From: Schmidtea nova
Lineage: Eukaryota
DNA: 64,000 bases
Reading direction: 5' to 3'
Assembly: GCA_044892505.1 (NCBI GenBank)
Contig: CM097883.1
Coordinates: 191,952,001 to 192,016,000, forward strand
Position 1 is the first letter of the stretch. Every line of letters starts with the position of its first letter. Below the pieces are notes generated by a model. That model worked only from the letters and a program-made list of their open reading frames with translations. It was not told the origin of the DNA and made no database searches. Positions 31,153 through 44,355 of the stretch are shown here, in pieces. The position numbers and the translations under genes were made by a program.

Positions 31153-31611
31153 TTACAAGTACACTGTTATTTTCTCGGATACGGGAAGGTTGCACATAGG
31201 ACATCGTTCATTTATTTTACATTCATTACAGAATCGGAAATGCCCACACGGCAACAACATTATCTGTATTTTGTTCATTTCACAGATATAACACGTCAGA
31301 TATTGTCTCGTATGTTCTGTTGTTATTCTTATCCACTCATCGTGTTTTGTTGTTAACTGTTGCTCTAGCCTGTGGCACTCGATATTCATCTCAGGGTTGT
31401 TTAATCTTTCTCTATACCATTGATATCGTGTTGCTGTATCCACTGTGTTCTTATTCTCACTTAAGCTCATCATCCTTTCGGCTCTTTCTGTGTTGTTTGT
31501 CGGTTCGTGATATTCTCCTACCTCGAGTCGTTTTAACTTTCTCGTTATTGTCTCCACTGTCTCGTTGTTTGTTTCGAAAAACGTTTGCATTTCTTTTATT
31601 TTGTTCTCCAT
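31153..31611 (-). CDS. 152-aa protein with C-terminal IAP/Mdm2-type C3HC4 RING (putative E3 ligase)
   Basis: CYIC.....IMLLPCGHFRFCNEC...RCPMC...SEKITVYL at the extreme C-terminus. CAG 3 nt before the ATG. No BIR domain seen. Confidence 0.85.
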   Translation of the reverse strand: MENKIKEMQTFFETNNETVETITRKLKRLEVGEYHEPTNNTERAERMMSLSENKNTVDTATRYQWYRERLNNPEMNIECHRLEQQLTTKHDEWIRITTEHTRQYLTCYICEMNKIQIMLLPCGHFRFCNECKINERCPMCNLPVSEKITVYL

Positions 31612-32132
31612 CCCCTGAATGAATTCTCATTAATTTTGTTATCGATTTTTATTTATTATTTATCATTCCTATTCTATGGTAGCCCTACTGTTCGCTTTCT
31701 GTTGTTCTGTTTTACGTCGTTACTTGCGTATCCCCCCGTGTTCTTGAATGTCGCCCCGACATGATCCTTGTTAGCTGCTCACACTCCTACCATTTTCATA
31801 CACGCTTTTCATCATACTTTTACATCATGCATACTTTTCATCACTTTTCATACTGTCACTCCACATACTATTCATCCTGCTTCATTCATCCTCATATTTC
31901 CACATTCATACTTTCGTTCTCATGCATACTTTTATCATGCTCATCATTCTCATTATTTTGCACTCATACTTTTATTTATTATTTTTCAACCCGATTCATT
32001 CTTGCTTCAGGACCCTCAAACCCTCTATTATTTACTTTACTTTTCCTCGCTAAATTCAATTCCATCCCGGTTCATGCGCTCTAACACTGTCCGCAGATAT
32101 CGAATTCACTTTTTCCCACAAAGATCGATATA

Positions 32133-32150
32133 ATCCCGGCTGAGCCCCCA
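32133..32150 (-). other. Primer-binding site, tRNA-Pro type
   Basis: Minus strand TGGGGGCTCAGCCGGGAT, 16/18 identical to the canonical Pro PBS TGGGGGCTCGTCCGGGAT, 6 nt from the 5' LTR. Confidence 0.9.
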
Positions 32151-32541
32151 AATTTATGCTGGTGTGTTGGTTAGATTGACAACTGAGATCATTATGATTT
32201 TATATGTTAGGGTGATCTCGCCAACATAAAAACATTCCCCCGCTGACACCCATGATGTATCCCTAACTACTCATCATGTTGGTACTGTGTCAACGTTGTG
32301 AAATGACAAGGCAGGTGAGCAACCTTACGGCTACTATTCCCTTGTTTATTCACGGGTCCACCACTACCGATAGAAGGTGTTTGTGGATTTCTTTCGGTCC
32401 CACTTATGCTCTTGTCTATTGTCCTAGGGTAATTTAGTCTTAGCGCATCTGCTGTTCTTCATGAATCCGGGTTTTAGTTATATTCAATTCTCAGACATTC
32501 CACAAACAAACAAGACAAGTCAACTCATTCATTTTATACAT

Positions 32542-33192
32542 TTATTTATAGTTTAACAATACAGAGGGTCTAATTACATTTAGTAGTTCTCGCTCGGATA
32601 GACCACTGAGCAAGTCTACTTCTATTCCCAGGTGATCCGCATATGCGCGTCTCTCCCTACGTTTTTTCGCTCCCAAGCGATTCCTTCGTTTGGTCCTCTG
32701 CGACCCTCGTGGTATGGTTGTGGTCATCTCGGTTGCCATGGTTACGGTTATCTCTTTGTCGGTTTGCGTACTCGTCGTTGCTGATGTCGAAGTTAACCAT
32801 TTGTTGAAGGTACTCGTCCTAATCACTGGACGCAATTGCTCAACGATGAAATCTTGGGTCGACACCTTTAAATAATTGGCCAACTCTAACTTCAGGGCTG
32901 CGACCTCCCTCGCTTGTTCATCGATCGTTCGCTCCACTCTGTATCGGGCCTGTAAGATGGCTTTAACCCTCTCAGGATTAAACCACGTTGCCTTAATCCG
33001 CTGGTGCTCCTCGTTCAGTTGTCTCAAGCGACTCTCGAGGACACGGGATCGTGCTCTATGTTCGCGTGCCTCTTGCTTGTAATTTCGAGTGGGATTTTCG
33101 TCCATATCTGAGTAATGTATCATTAACCAGGGTATGTATGCATTGTTTGGTTTCTCAGTCCCTATTTTATTGTTAAACAACTGCACCCTCAT
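32542..33192 (-). CDS. LTR ORF B, 5' LTR copy
   Basis: 216 aa, 2 aa differences from the 3' LTR copy. Confidence 0.55.
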   Translation of the reverse strand: MRVQLFNNKIGTEKPNNAYIPWLMIHYSDMDENPTRNYKQEAREHRARSRVLESRLRQLNEEHQRIKATWFNPERVKAILQARYRVERTIDEQAREVAALKLELANYLKVSTQDFIVEQLRPVIRTSTFNKWLTSTSATTSTQTDKEITVTMATEMTTTIPRGSQRTKRRNRLGAKKRRERRAYADHLGIEVDLLSGLSERELLNVIRPSVLLNYK

Positions 33193-33300
33193 CCTTACTC
33201 ATTCCACATACATCCAAAACCAAAACAAAACCCTTTTAAATGGATACATATATTTTTAATTTACAACAGATGTTCGTACATTGGGGTGTCGTCCTCGTGA

Positions 33301-33936
33301 TCAATTGTATGGTCGTAACTCTTGATCGGCCGGGTTCTCGTCTCGGCGAATCCCTGTTTCATGGTATATTTCGGGGGCCGGATTCCAACTCAGTTTGTTT
33401 TGATAAATGAACACCTCCCAGAGGCGAAGGTCTTTGGGCTCGGGGTGTTGATCCACGGAAACACTGCCTGGGGCGTCCGGGTAAACGAAGACTTCCACAG
33501 TGTCACCACACCGAGGCCTGTCTAGCAGCAAATACCCGAGTTGACCGAATGCCTGCCCGGTCATCATTCCGGTGCTTAGTACCCAGCGGGGTTGTTGTGT
33601 TTCATCTACAAATTGATAGAACCATCTTTCGTATCCATCTTTGGTGGGGTTCGGGGAGGGCGTCCAATCGACATCGCCTTCCCACCTCAGCTGTAGTTGG
33701 AATGCACAGGCGGGAATACTTGCCGCTGTGCTCATATGGGTCCTTGTCCATCGACGCAGGTGTCTACGTGCGGAGTTGAAAATTTGTCGTGGGGCCTCCT
33801 TCTCTCCTTGGATCTCAGTAGGTAATTTTTGTGTGATGACGGAGCGGATGCGCCGTTTCCTCCGTAGAATGTACTCCTCTAATTTGACGGTTAGGGGTCC
33901 TACCGGCTCCTTCATGAGATATTCTGTTTTCATCAT
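33301..33936 (-). CDS. LTR ORF A, 5' LTR copy
   Basis: 211 aa, 2 aa differences from the 3' LTR copy. Confidence 0.55.
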   Translation of the reverse strand: MMKTEYLMKEPVGPLTVKLEEYILRRKRRIRSVITQKLPTEIQGEKEAPRQIFNSARRHLRRWTRTHMSTAASIPACAFQLQLRWEGDVDWTPSPNPTKDGYERWFYQFVDETQQPRWVLSTGMMTGQAFGQLGYLLLDRPRCGDTVEVFVYPDAPGSVSVDQHPEPKDLRLWEVFIYQNKLSWNPAPEIYHETGIRRDENPADQELRPYN

Positions 33937-36246
33937 GTTGCTCTGAAATGGAATTTTAGGTTAACTGACAGACTCTATCATCGACCATCGATATTTATGT
34001 CGATCAACCTACTTGGTTTATCGTTCTATTAGCCGTAGGCCTTAGTAGCTCGCATATAATTTACTAGGCCGTTGGTCGCGATGTTCATGTAGGTGGTGAC
34101 TTTACCTGGTGAGTTGATTCACTCCGCAATTTCAGACGGTTTTAGCTACGCTAATTTTGGCTTGTTATTTACAATCAATTTATGTTACATTTAATCTTTC
34201 ACCGATCATTTTCATTCACTCAACACAGTTCATTTACAGATCATCATCAGCAACTATCAAGGTTCTCGTCACGGGGAAAATTTAGTCATCCCTTAGTCAA
34301 CTGCTTTGTTGAGGAACACACTAATTTTATCTACTATCGGGTCTGACTTTTCATGCCCTTAGTGGATTATATGTATATATCTGGCAGCTCATTCGATTCA
34401 CTACTGCCCCTTGGTGTTAATGTCTTTCGACCGCGATGTTACGTTTTGCCTATCTCGATTCTCATCGACTTTTGATGTACTAGCACTCCTTGAAGGTATA
34501 CCCCCTCATCAAGGTACCTCATGCATATATCTTCCCTTGCGAAATGAACTTTTACCTTGAGTTGATTTATGGTCATTAACTGTCACCCGATACCCCGTCA
34601 TCGTGATGTATAGCGTTTATACTAGGCCGTCGCTACCTTGATTTAGTTCATGATCGTTAGGTCTTACTCGATACCCTATGTGCATCCCCCTTTCCCCCCC
34701 CCCATCAAGTATTTAGTAAACTTATGGTCCCGCCGCATCAGCACCTCACAACCGATAAGGTGTGTTGCACTGAGAGGCCAAAGAATCCGTCAGGCTGTTA
34801 GGCCTCCGGAAAACCTTATGGATTTTAATATGATTATAAAATTATGAGGGTTTAAATAATTAACACTAAAACTCAACCATACTTGTATTTGGATTCCAAT
34901 CGGTTTTACAATGTCTTCCGTAAAAGTGACTGTTGCACTGATTTACCTTCAGTAAAAAATGACATTTTCAAATACTAATTTGACTTCAGTATTTATACTC
35001 AACCGGTGTTGTTGGTTAGCCAATCAGCATCGAGTATGTGTGTATGTTTGCTTCATTTTTTCATGTTGTCGGCTTTTTGCTGCCTAACTTAACTCACCGA
35101 TTTATTTGGTTAATCATGCGGTAAATTTATTTTTTGTATGATTTAATTTTTATTTGATTTTGTTTTAACTCTTCGGTGACATCCGCCCACGCGCTGTCAT
35201 ATTCCGATTTTATTTGCTTCGCATGAGTGAGTTATGAAGATTTTTGTTGTTTTTATTAATACTCTATTTCTTTTAGATGTTGCCGCCTATTTTATTACAC
35301 TTTGGTGTTGGTAATTTATTTTGTTGTTATTCTGTTGTAAATTTATTTTATTGATTGTATATTATTTTTAGATGCTGCTCGATTTGGCTGGCCCAACAAT
35401 GTTAACGTAATGTTTTTGGGATAATTTATATTCAATATTTACAATAAAGCTTTGATGTAAAATTTTCGTTTTGATTAAAGGATTCCTGATAAAAATCTGA
35501 CCGTAAAATAAATAAGTGCGCCCTCTGTTGGGAAAGCCGTATTGGTGGGCCTGTTTATAGCTTCACAGTAAGGTTAGAACAAACTAAAATTCATTGATAA
35601 TTAAATTTTGGTTAATGGGAAAATGAAAATTTAGGACATAAATGTAAAGTAAACATGAGGGAGTTAAGAAAGGTTCTCTATCTATATTTTGTGAACGAAT
35701 AAATGTAGGAAATTGAAAGCTAAGATATAATCATGCGCCAAGACCGTAGAGTAAGCAGATGCGTAAGTTCTTTTATCAGCAGCAGGAACCCAAAGGAAAA
35801 AATATAGTGAGAAGTGGTTTTGGTAGCGAAGCTCATCTGTTCACTAGATTCTCGCCACCGTGTACAGTATCAACATAGTTAATTAGGAAATAACTATGGA
35901 TTCACGAGTGAGGTCGTTTAATATTTATGATGGGCTATGGGTTGTATTAATACCTAGAGGCAAAAATCATTTTTATAACAACGCCCATATCATCCAAAAG
36001 TACAGTTGGGCAAAAACTAAGAGTTGTTTAAAAGAAGTGGTAACACAGCACGTAGAGAGCGCACAAGAAGTTTATTTAAAATTCATTGAGCCAAAACATC
36101 AAATTAAACATATGTTGAGGTTCCGAGAATCTCAACTTGATGTTTCTTATATAAATAGAAACAAGACTGGTTCTTTTCTAAACTTTTATTTAAATTATAA
36201 TAATTTACAAATTTGATAAAAATTAAACAATTATTTCACAGATAAG

Positions 36247-36250
<4 letters not shown>

Positions 36251-36280
<30 letters not shown>
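36251..36280. repeat. (TA)15 microsatellite
   Basis: Direct reading. Confidence 0.95.
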
Positions 36281-36283
<3 letters not shown>

Positions 36284-37539
36284 ATTTCAACTTATATTTT
36301 ATGTATGTATAAATGCGTGGGTGTGTGTGAATATTTGCAGCTTCCTGAGCTCGAATGTGTAAATAGGTATGCTCAAATTATGTTGTAATATCAATTTATT
36401 GAATTTACAACTCTTCTTTAAAGCTTTTGATTTTTTGGTGGTTTGACTGAGAAATATAGTAAAATCTTTAATCTCTCTGTCAACAAATTTTATTTGTCCA
36501 TTATGCTGTTTACTCAGCAAAATTTCCCTTATTTTAAAGTACAATACGTAATTCCTATTTTTAGTATCATCCCTTTTCCCAGCATCCCTGAGGTTAATAA
36601 TTTGGTTTTCTATATTAGTCGATATTTATATATCGACAGTTACATTAATTTTCATATCTATTGCCTCTAATTATCTTTTATAAGTATTATAATATTTTTG
36701 TTTTAATTGTCATATTATATACTTTATAATTCAATCTGTATTATTTTATTATTTATTTATATAAATGAAAGATATTAAATTTATCATATTTTACGAATAA
36801 TGTAATTTTTTGTCATACGTGGAATATTAAAAATTCAAATTTTCAAAAAGCCAAAAGATTTGATTTCAAAACAAAATTGAAATTCATAAAAGATACAATT
36901 AAATTAACAAAGTTTTTAATGTTTTAAAATAATCTCGTTAGAATGAAATTAGAAAATGTGTTTCAAATGAAATTTATATTTTCAAATTGATCTTATTTCA
37001 AGACCAAAATCCTAATGTCACCATGCAAAAACAATATAAACGAATAACTTAAATCACATCTAAAATATCTCACATTTTGTATTTGACATTGCTAAAATTA
37101 AACTTTCACTTTTAGCAAATGCACTTGATAAATCGATAATTGCCTTAGAACAATTCGAGAAATTAAGATACATTTTTAATTAAATAATTTCCAAAAATAA
37201 AATTTAATATAAATCTCCATTAATAAAGATTAGTTTCCTATTTTTAAGAAGTGAATTTTAAATTTAGGTTTCACAATCTTCATTTGTCAAATAACTGATA
37301 AAACAATGAAAATTTTATTTTCCTGATTAAAATTTTAAAATTAAATAATTTCCATTTTGTTGAAAAATAAACCATAATGTATAAATTTCTTTTTTGGCAC
37401 TAAGTGCCTTTTTGTTTGCGATTGTGGATTGCGTTTGCTTTCTTGAGCACTAAGTGCTCATTTTGTTGACTTTACATTGCTCTCCACTTTCCGCAGCGTG
37501 TTGACACAGGAATTTAGCACAAGATTAATTTTCCTTTTT

Positions 37540-37900
37540 AGGAAAAATAAAATAATAATAATAATAATAAAAATAAAATAAGAATAAGAATAATAACATA
37601 AAATAATAGTATCAATAATAAGAATAATAAACATACTAATTTTAATAACAATAAAACAAAATAATAATATTAATAATAATAATAATAATAATAACAACAA
37701 AAACAAAACAATAATATTAACAATAATAGTAATAATAATAATAATCAAAATAATAATATCAATAATAACAATAATATTATTAAATATTCGATTTCTATTC
37801 GAATTCTATCGAATATAAATATAATATTAAAAAAATAATAATAATAACAATATTAGCAACAATAATAATAACAAAAGTAGTAATAATAATAATAATACTT
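37540..37900. repeat. AAT-rich low-complexity / degenerate microsatellite
   Basis: Runs of aat/aac/aataat. Confidence 0.85.
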
Positions 37901-38659
37901 GTAATACTTGTAATTATATTAACAAAAAAATTTAATTTATTCTATTTGCCAATATTTTATTAAAATTAATGTAATTAATAAAATTAGTTTATTTAATCAG
38001 ATTGATTGAATTTATATTTATTTATTTAGTGATGAATGCTTTTGTAATGTTATTTGTTATTTCCCTTGTCTATCTATTTTAAAAAATATATCAACAAATA
38101 AAATCAATTAATCATATAACCATATCATCATTTATCAAAACCAATAAAGTAAAAGAAAATGTTATCACAATCAGATGTAGTTCATCAAGTCAAATTATTA
38201 TCATTTTTGGCCTGGGTTCTGATTATTGTTATCCACATACACATTTAGTCTATACTTATTTGCCTTTATTGTATAATTTTCATCTATCTCAAATTTTTCG
38301 ACTATCTTCCAAGTATCTAACCCATAATAATCACAAAGCACCGAAATAATTAAATAAAACACGTCTAAAAATTAAAATGAACAAAAGCGCAACAAGTATA
38401 CACGTGAAAAATACATACATAATGTGATGTAATTATAACGGGATATTTGATTTCCCTAACCCTTATTATATATTGTGTCATGCCTGCATGTGTGATTGAT
38501 TATGCTTGATTGACTGGGTCCTCAGATGACATCATTGTTTATTATTTTCCAAAGAAGCTATTGCTGATTGTGCTGGTGTCGGCACACCGGGTACTATAAA
38601 TAGTACCAAGATTTCTTAAATAAAGTTTTAGAACTTTAAAAGTCATTCTTATTCTTTAC

Positions 38660-39829
38660 ATGGCGACCACGCTTTCAACTCAGGAATTATTACGGATTCT
38701 CCCACAGCCGAAAATCTATTCAATTGGAGACGATTTGGAAGAATTTATTGAGAAGATCGAATCATATTTTTCAATTATTCAGTTAGACAATAGTCAAAGA
38801 AAAGTAATTGTTCGAGCTTATTTGGACGAAAATTGCCGCAACAAATATGACAAGATTCCAGATGAAGAAGATTATGTGAAAAGGCTTAGACTAGCGTTCG
38901 AAGTAAACCAGGATTTAGCTAAGGATTTGGAAAATTTGCTAAATTACCGAAAAAGAGAAGATGATGCAGAAACATACATCATCAAAATTGAGAAAGGCGT
39001 TCAGAAAATTTTGAAACACAAGCTAACAATGTCAAATTTGACAACATTCTTCCTAAAGCATTGTCTTGATAATGAAGAAGAAAAACGTGAAATAAAAAGA
39101 TATGAAATGACGGAAGATTTGCTGAAAGTAAAATTATCGAAAGAAGATTTCAGAAATGACGGAGAGTCAGTACAGAAAGGTCCAACGGCAAATAAATATA
39201 TTAAAAGAATTTTACAGAAATTGGATGAAGATAAATCAAAGATACAACAAGTTTCAGCCGTTGGAAATGCCTCTTACGCGTCAATTGTGAAAAACGGTCA
39301 ATACAATTCCAATGAAAAAAGAAATAGTTATGGAAATCAGCGAAATCAAATTGATAAGAAAAATGAATTTTCAAAACAAAGAAATCAATTTCAAGGACGA
39401 TCAGATTATCAAAGGAATTTCAATAAAAATTTCAATGGAAGACCTCAAAATGGAAACAATTATCAAAATCGAAGTTCAGATCAATATTCAAAAGTGCAAT
39501 GTTAGGCATGCCGTGAAATTGGTCATATTCGTCGGGAATGCCCAAATATGCGTTGTTCGTGTTGTGGAAAAGCAGGTCATTTAAGTTTTCAATGTTTTCA
39601 GAAACAACATCACTACGAGATGAGATTTCAAAGAACTTCGAATCAAAACAATGGAAATTTCAATCGATACAATCGAAGTTCTAATCAAGAAAATGATCGA
39701 AACAATGGGGATCACGTGGCTGCAGTAGATGATGACGAATCGAGAGACTATGATGGACAGTCAGAGATATCGGGAAATGCCAAAGCTCCGAGTAGAGGGG
39801 ATATGTTAGGAGCGATAAATCACATGTAA
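38660..39829 (+). pseudogene. gag: gag with 2 CCHC knuckles, in-frame TAG at 39503-39505
   Basis: ORFs 38660-39505 and 39548-39829 share a frame. The stop falls inside a knuckle (C*ACREIGHIRREC). Confidence 0.88.
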
Positions 39830-42800
39830 GCAATGATAAATTTTTGAGGACCCGAAATGCTGAATGTAATGATTGTTTGGTTGATTGTTTGTTTGATAAT
39901 GTTAATGTTGATTTTTTCCCCAATCAAAAATCTGATTATGATTTTTATTTAATTAATAATTGTAATAATGAACAAAATGAGAATGACTGTATATTTGTGA
40001 GTGATTGTTATAAAAATGATTGTATTTTAAATATATTTAATAAAAAATTAAAATTACCGAGTGTAAATGTTATTAAAGATATATTTGATATAGGATATTG
40101 TAAAGTAGATGGTAGACCATTTAATAATGTTAAATTAAATAATGTGACTTTTAATTCATTATTTGACACAGGAGCAAAAATAAGTGTTTTATCTAAAATG
40201 ACTGCTGAAAAATTGAATTTAAAATATTTTAATGAAGGAAATAGAAAGATATCTTGTGCCAACGGTAGAATGTTAGGGATTTTAGGGAAAGTTTCTTTAA
40301 GGTTAGAGTTCAACAATAAAGAAATAACTGGAGAATTTTTCGTTGCAGAGGAAATATACCCAGAAGTAATTATAGGAATAGATATATTGAATTCTTTAAA
40401 TATTAAGTTAGTTGAATTTTGTAATGAAAATATCCTCAGTTTGCAAGCAAAATTTGGTAATAATTTAAAATTAAATATTAAAAATAAATATATTAATGAA
40501 ATATTGAAAATTGAAAGATGCAATCCGATATATGAAATAGTTATTGAATTCTGAGATATTTTTATGTGTAATAAATGGGATATAGGCAAAACAGATATTT
40601 TAAAGCACAGAATAGAAACTAACTGCAATTCAATACCAATTAAGTCACGGCGACAACCAATGCACTATGAGGAAAAACTAGAGGAAATTGTTAAAAACCT
40701 AGAAGAAAATAAAATTATAGAGAAATGTGAATCACCTTGGAATTCTCCAATAGTTTGTGTGCCAAAAAAGGGAACTTCTGAAATTCGAATGTGCTTGGAT
40801 TTTAGGATTTTAAATTCAAATACTGTTAGACCAGCTTTTCCAATTCCCAATGTCGATGAAATGCTAGATTCTTTGTATGGGGCCAAATATTTTTCTTCGA
40901 TCGACTTAGGAAATGCTTATTATCAAGTTGAATTGAATGAAGAGAGTAAATTGAAAACAGCATTTTCTACAAGACAGGGCCAATTCTGCTTTAATAGGAT
41001 GCCTTTTGGGATAGCTGCCGCACCATCAACGTTTCAAAAACTTATGACATTAATAGTTGGAGATATGATGTGGAATGAAGCATTAGTCTATTTAGATGAC
41101 ATACTGATTTTTTCGAAAACTATTGAAGAACAAAAAGAAAGAATAAATAAGCTCTTCCTTAGAATTAAGAAATCTAGACTAAAAATTAACCCTGAAAAAT
41201 GCAAGTTCCTAGTATCTGAATTAAAGTTTCTTGGACATATAATTAATGAAAAAGGTATTAAAACAGATGAGTCTAAGATTGAAACAATTAAAAATGTAAA
41301 GCAGCCTAATTGTGTGAAACATCTTAGGAGCTTTTTAGGATTGTGTAATTACTATGGGAAATTTATTCAAAATTACTCAAAAATAGCTAGGCCATTGGAA
41401 TCTTTAATTGGAGGTAAAAGCAAAAGTATTATTTGGACATCACAATGTGAAAAAGCTTTTGACGAGTTAAAACATAGTTTGATCAGTGCACCATTACTAT
41501 GTCATCCGGATTTTAATAAAACGTTCATTTTAGACACTGATGCTAGTTTTGATTGTATTGGTGCTGTTTTATCACAAAGAGGTGACGATAATGAAGAAAA
41601 GATAATCGCATATGGTTCAAAAAGTATGAATAAACATGAAATTGGGTACTGTATAACAAGAAAGGAATTATTATCTGTTTTCCATTTTACACAGCATTTT
41701 AAACATTATCTGTACGGAAAAAAATTTATTTTAAGAACTGATCATAAGGCAATCACATTTATGTTAACTACAAAAAAACCAATTACCGCTCAGTTTCAAA
41801 ATTGGATAAATTTTTTAAATAGTTTGGGCATGAAATTAGAATATCGCAAAGGTGAGAAACACAATAATGCGGATGCACTATCACGACTGAATATTGGAAA
41901 TTGCACACAATGTCAGATGAATCATATTGATGCTAAAGCAGAAAGAATTAAAACTAAAATTTTAGCAATGTCGATAGAAGATCAAACATTTAAATGGCAA
42001 AGTAATTCTGAAGAAATAATGGAAATAAAAGAAAACATTCAGAACGGCAAAACTGAAGATTATTATGTGGACAATGGAATTATTATGACTCATAATAATA
42101 AAATATATATTCCTTCATATTTGAAAAATGATTTTATACTAGAAATCCATAAAGAATTGTGTCATGCAGGAATCAACAAAACGACAAGCTACATAAAGAA
42201 TTATTATAATTTCCAAGAAATGGACAAAAGTATTAAGAGAATTATCACAACTTGTGAAATTTGCCAGAAACGTAAAACATTCACTGGTAAAACAAAAGAA
42301 GTTATTCAAAAACTAATTGCGCATGAATCATTTGAAAAAATATATATTGATTTTTGTGGCCCTTTTAAAATGACACCATCTGGCAAAAGATATGTGATGG
42401 CTATAATAGATCATTTTAGTAAATATATAGTATTAAAAGCTGTAAGAACACAAGAAGAAAAGACATTAATTGATAATCTGGAAAGTTCGTGGATATTGAA
42501 GTTTGGACCACCAAAGGAAATTCATGTTGATAAAGGAAAATGTTTCGAATCTCAAGCTTTTAAAAATATGGCAATAAAGTATCACTTGAAGATTGTTTAT
42601 TCAAGTCCTTATCATCATCAATCTAATGGACAAATTGAAAGGCAATTTAGAACGCTAAGAGACTGGATTTCCTGCTGTTTGGAAGAGAAACAGTTTAAGA
42701 CATGGGAAGAAGCATTGCCTCATATAGAATTTGCAATGAATTCAACAATGCAGTCAAGTATAAAAGTTAGTCCTGTTGAAGTAATTTATGGAAGGAAATT

Positions 42801-43116
42801 TTGCAAAGAGCGTTTTACTAATGGTCCAGAAATTAATGCTAAAGAACAAAAGAAACATGAAATTGCATTGAATATTAAATCATTGAACCGTATAAATAAT
42901 TATAATCAGGAAAATCGAATACATAGATCTTTTGGAGTTGGTGAATTGGTACTCGTCAAGGAAGATATCAGAAACAAGCAAGATAACAGGTATTGCGGAC
43001 CTTTTGAAATAATGGAAAAATATAATAAAAATAGTTATTTATTAAATAATGCTGATAATAAATATATTACTAGAAATGTGGAATGGCTAAAGCCATTTAA
43101 AACGAGGGGGATGTGA
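39796..43116 (+). pseudogene. pol: pol (PR-RT-RH-IN) in the -1 frame relative to gag, in-frame TGA at 40552-40554
   Basis: LFDTGA, VYLDDIL, LDTDASF, H..LCH..CEIC, IDFCGPF, SNGQIER, YCGPF. Confidence 0.93.
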
Positions 43117-43836
43117 TGTAATTATAACGGGATATTTGATTTCCCTAACCCTTATTATATATTGTGTCATGCCTGCATGTGTGATTGATTATGCTTGATT
43201 GACTGAGTCCTCAGATGACATCATTGTTTATTATTTTCCCAAGAAGCTATTGCTGATTGTGCTGGTGTCGGCACACCGGGTACTATAAATAGTACCAAGA
43301 TTTCTTAAATAAAGTTTTAGAACTTTAAAAGTCATTCTTATTCTTTACACATAACATAAAACATCAATTATGGAATGAAATTACAAATAAGGATAAATTA
43401 AAGTATTTTTAGAAGAAAAACTTCGATTTTTATCTTAAAAATTCGTAAAAATATGAGAGAAAATTATTTTAGTTAAAAATTTAATAAATTAAACTAAATT
43501 AAGAAAAACTTTAATTCAAAAGTAAAATTTTGGAAAAAAGTTTTATTAAAATTTTATGTAAAAATATTAATTTGGTTTTGGGTAAAATTGTTAAATTTAA
43601 TTTTGATAAAATTGAAAATTCCTTCTGGAACAATTTGTTTTACTACATCAATGAACACAAAACACAGAACATTATATACGTGATGCACCCAATAAGTCGT
43701 GAGACTAATATAGAAATAATAATAGTAAAAAACTTGATACAGACATATTTAAACTTCAACTTATATAGGTAAAGAAAATGTATTTTGTTTTAATAATCCA
43801 TTATTTTTTAAGTATATCTTTGCGAACATTCGAAAA

Positions 43837-44355
43837 ATGCCTCTGAAAACTATTCAATACCGTATCGTTATTTGCTTTCTATTTCTGAAAGGAAAAAATA
43901 GAGAAGAGGTTCTTTCTGAACTAAAAGCTGTTTACCAACAAGAGTGCCCATCCACAGCAACAATTTATCGTTGGTTGAATTACTTTCAGAGTGGTAGAAC
44001 CTCCGTGGTGGACGAAGAAAGATCAGGAAGACCCTCAGAAATTCATGAAAAAATAACGCAAAAGCTGCAGACAATCGTGAAAAACGAGAGAAAAATAACG
44101 ACGAGAGAGCTAACAGCCCGTCTAAATGTGAGCAAAGGCACTGTGCATACTCTCCTCACTGAAAGTGGTATTCGAAAACTATGTTCCCTTTTTGTGCCAC
44201 GCTTCTTAACGATGGAAATGCGACAACAAAGCTTGGAATGCTGCTTGGAGAATCTGCAGATCAGGATCAGTGTTGGAGACCGTTTCATTGATAATATCAT
44301 CACTGTGAACGAGACACCGCTGTCCCTTTATGTCCCTGAATCTAGAGAAAATTAA
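43837..44355 (+). pseudogene. Truncated mariner transposase (N-terminal HTH to first catalytic motif)
   Basis: YRIVICFLFLKG..STATIYRWLNYFQSGRTSVVDEERSGRP..WVP-like FVPRFLT..IITVNET (degenerate GDET). Confidence 0.88.

Larger units (their letters stand above)
6008..35398 (-). mobile_element. Giant (29,391 bp) Ty3/gypsy-type LTR retroelement with envelope and cargo genes, Burro-like
   Basis: Direct repeats 6008-9247 and 32157-35398 with TG...CA ends. ATGT flanks both sides (6004-6007, 35399-35402). PBS at 32133-32150. Gag, PR, RT, RH, IN in Ty3/gypsy order. Confidence 0.97.
32157..35398 (-). repeat. 5' LTR (3242 bp)
   Basis: Partner of 6008-9247. It is followed by the PBS on the minus strand. 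Confidence 0.97.
38423..43349 (+). mobile_element. Ty3/gypsy LTR retrotransposon, 4927 bp, full length with nonsense mutations
   Basis: 238-bp LTRs 38423-38660 and 43112-43349 (2 differences seen). TSD CATAA (38418-38422, 43350-43354). PBS TGGCGACCACG at 38661 (tRNA-Arg-like). PPT aaaacgaggggga at 43099-43111. Confidence 0.97.

Noticed and set aside
9487-31622. Many plus-strand ORFs rich in F/L/S/C
   Set aside because: They are antisense shadows of the purine-rich minus-strand coding frames, with no recognisable domains.
35896-36216. 106-aa ORF
   Set aside because: No recognisable motif or context.
37458-37748. Hydrophobic I/L-rich ORF
   Set aside because: Translation of an AAT microsatellite.
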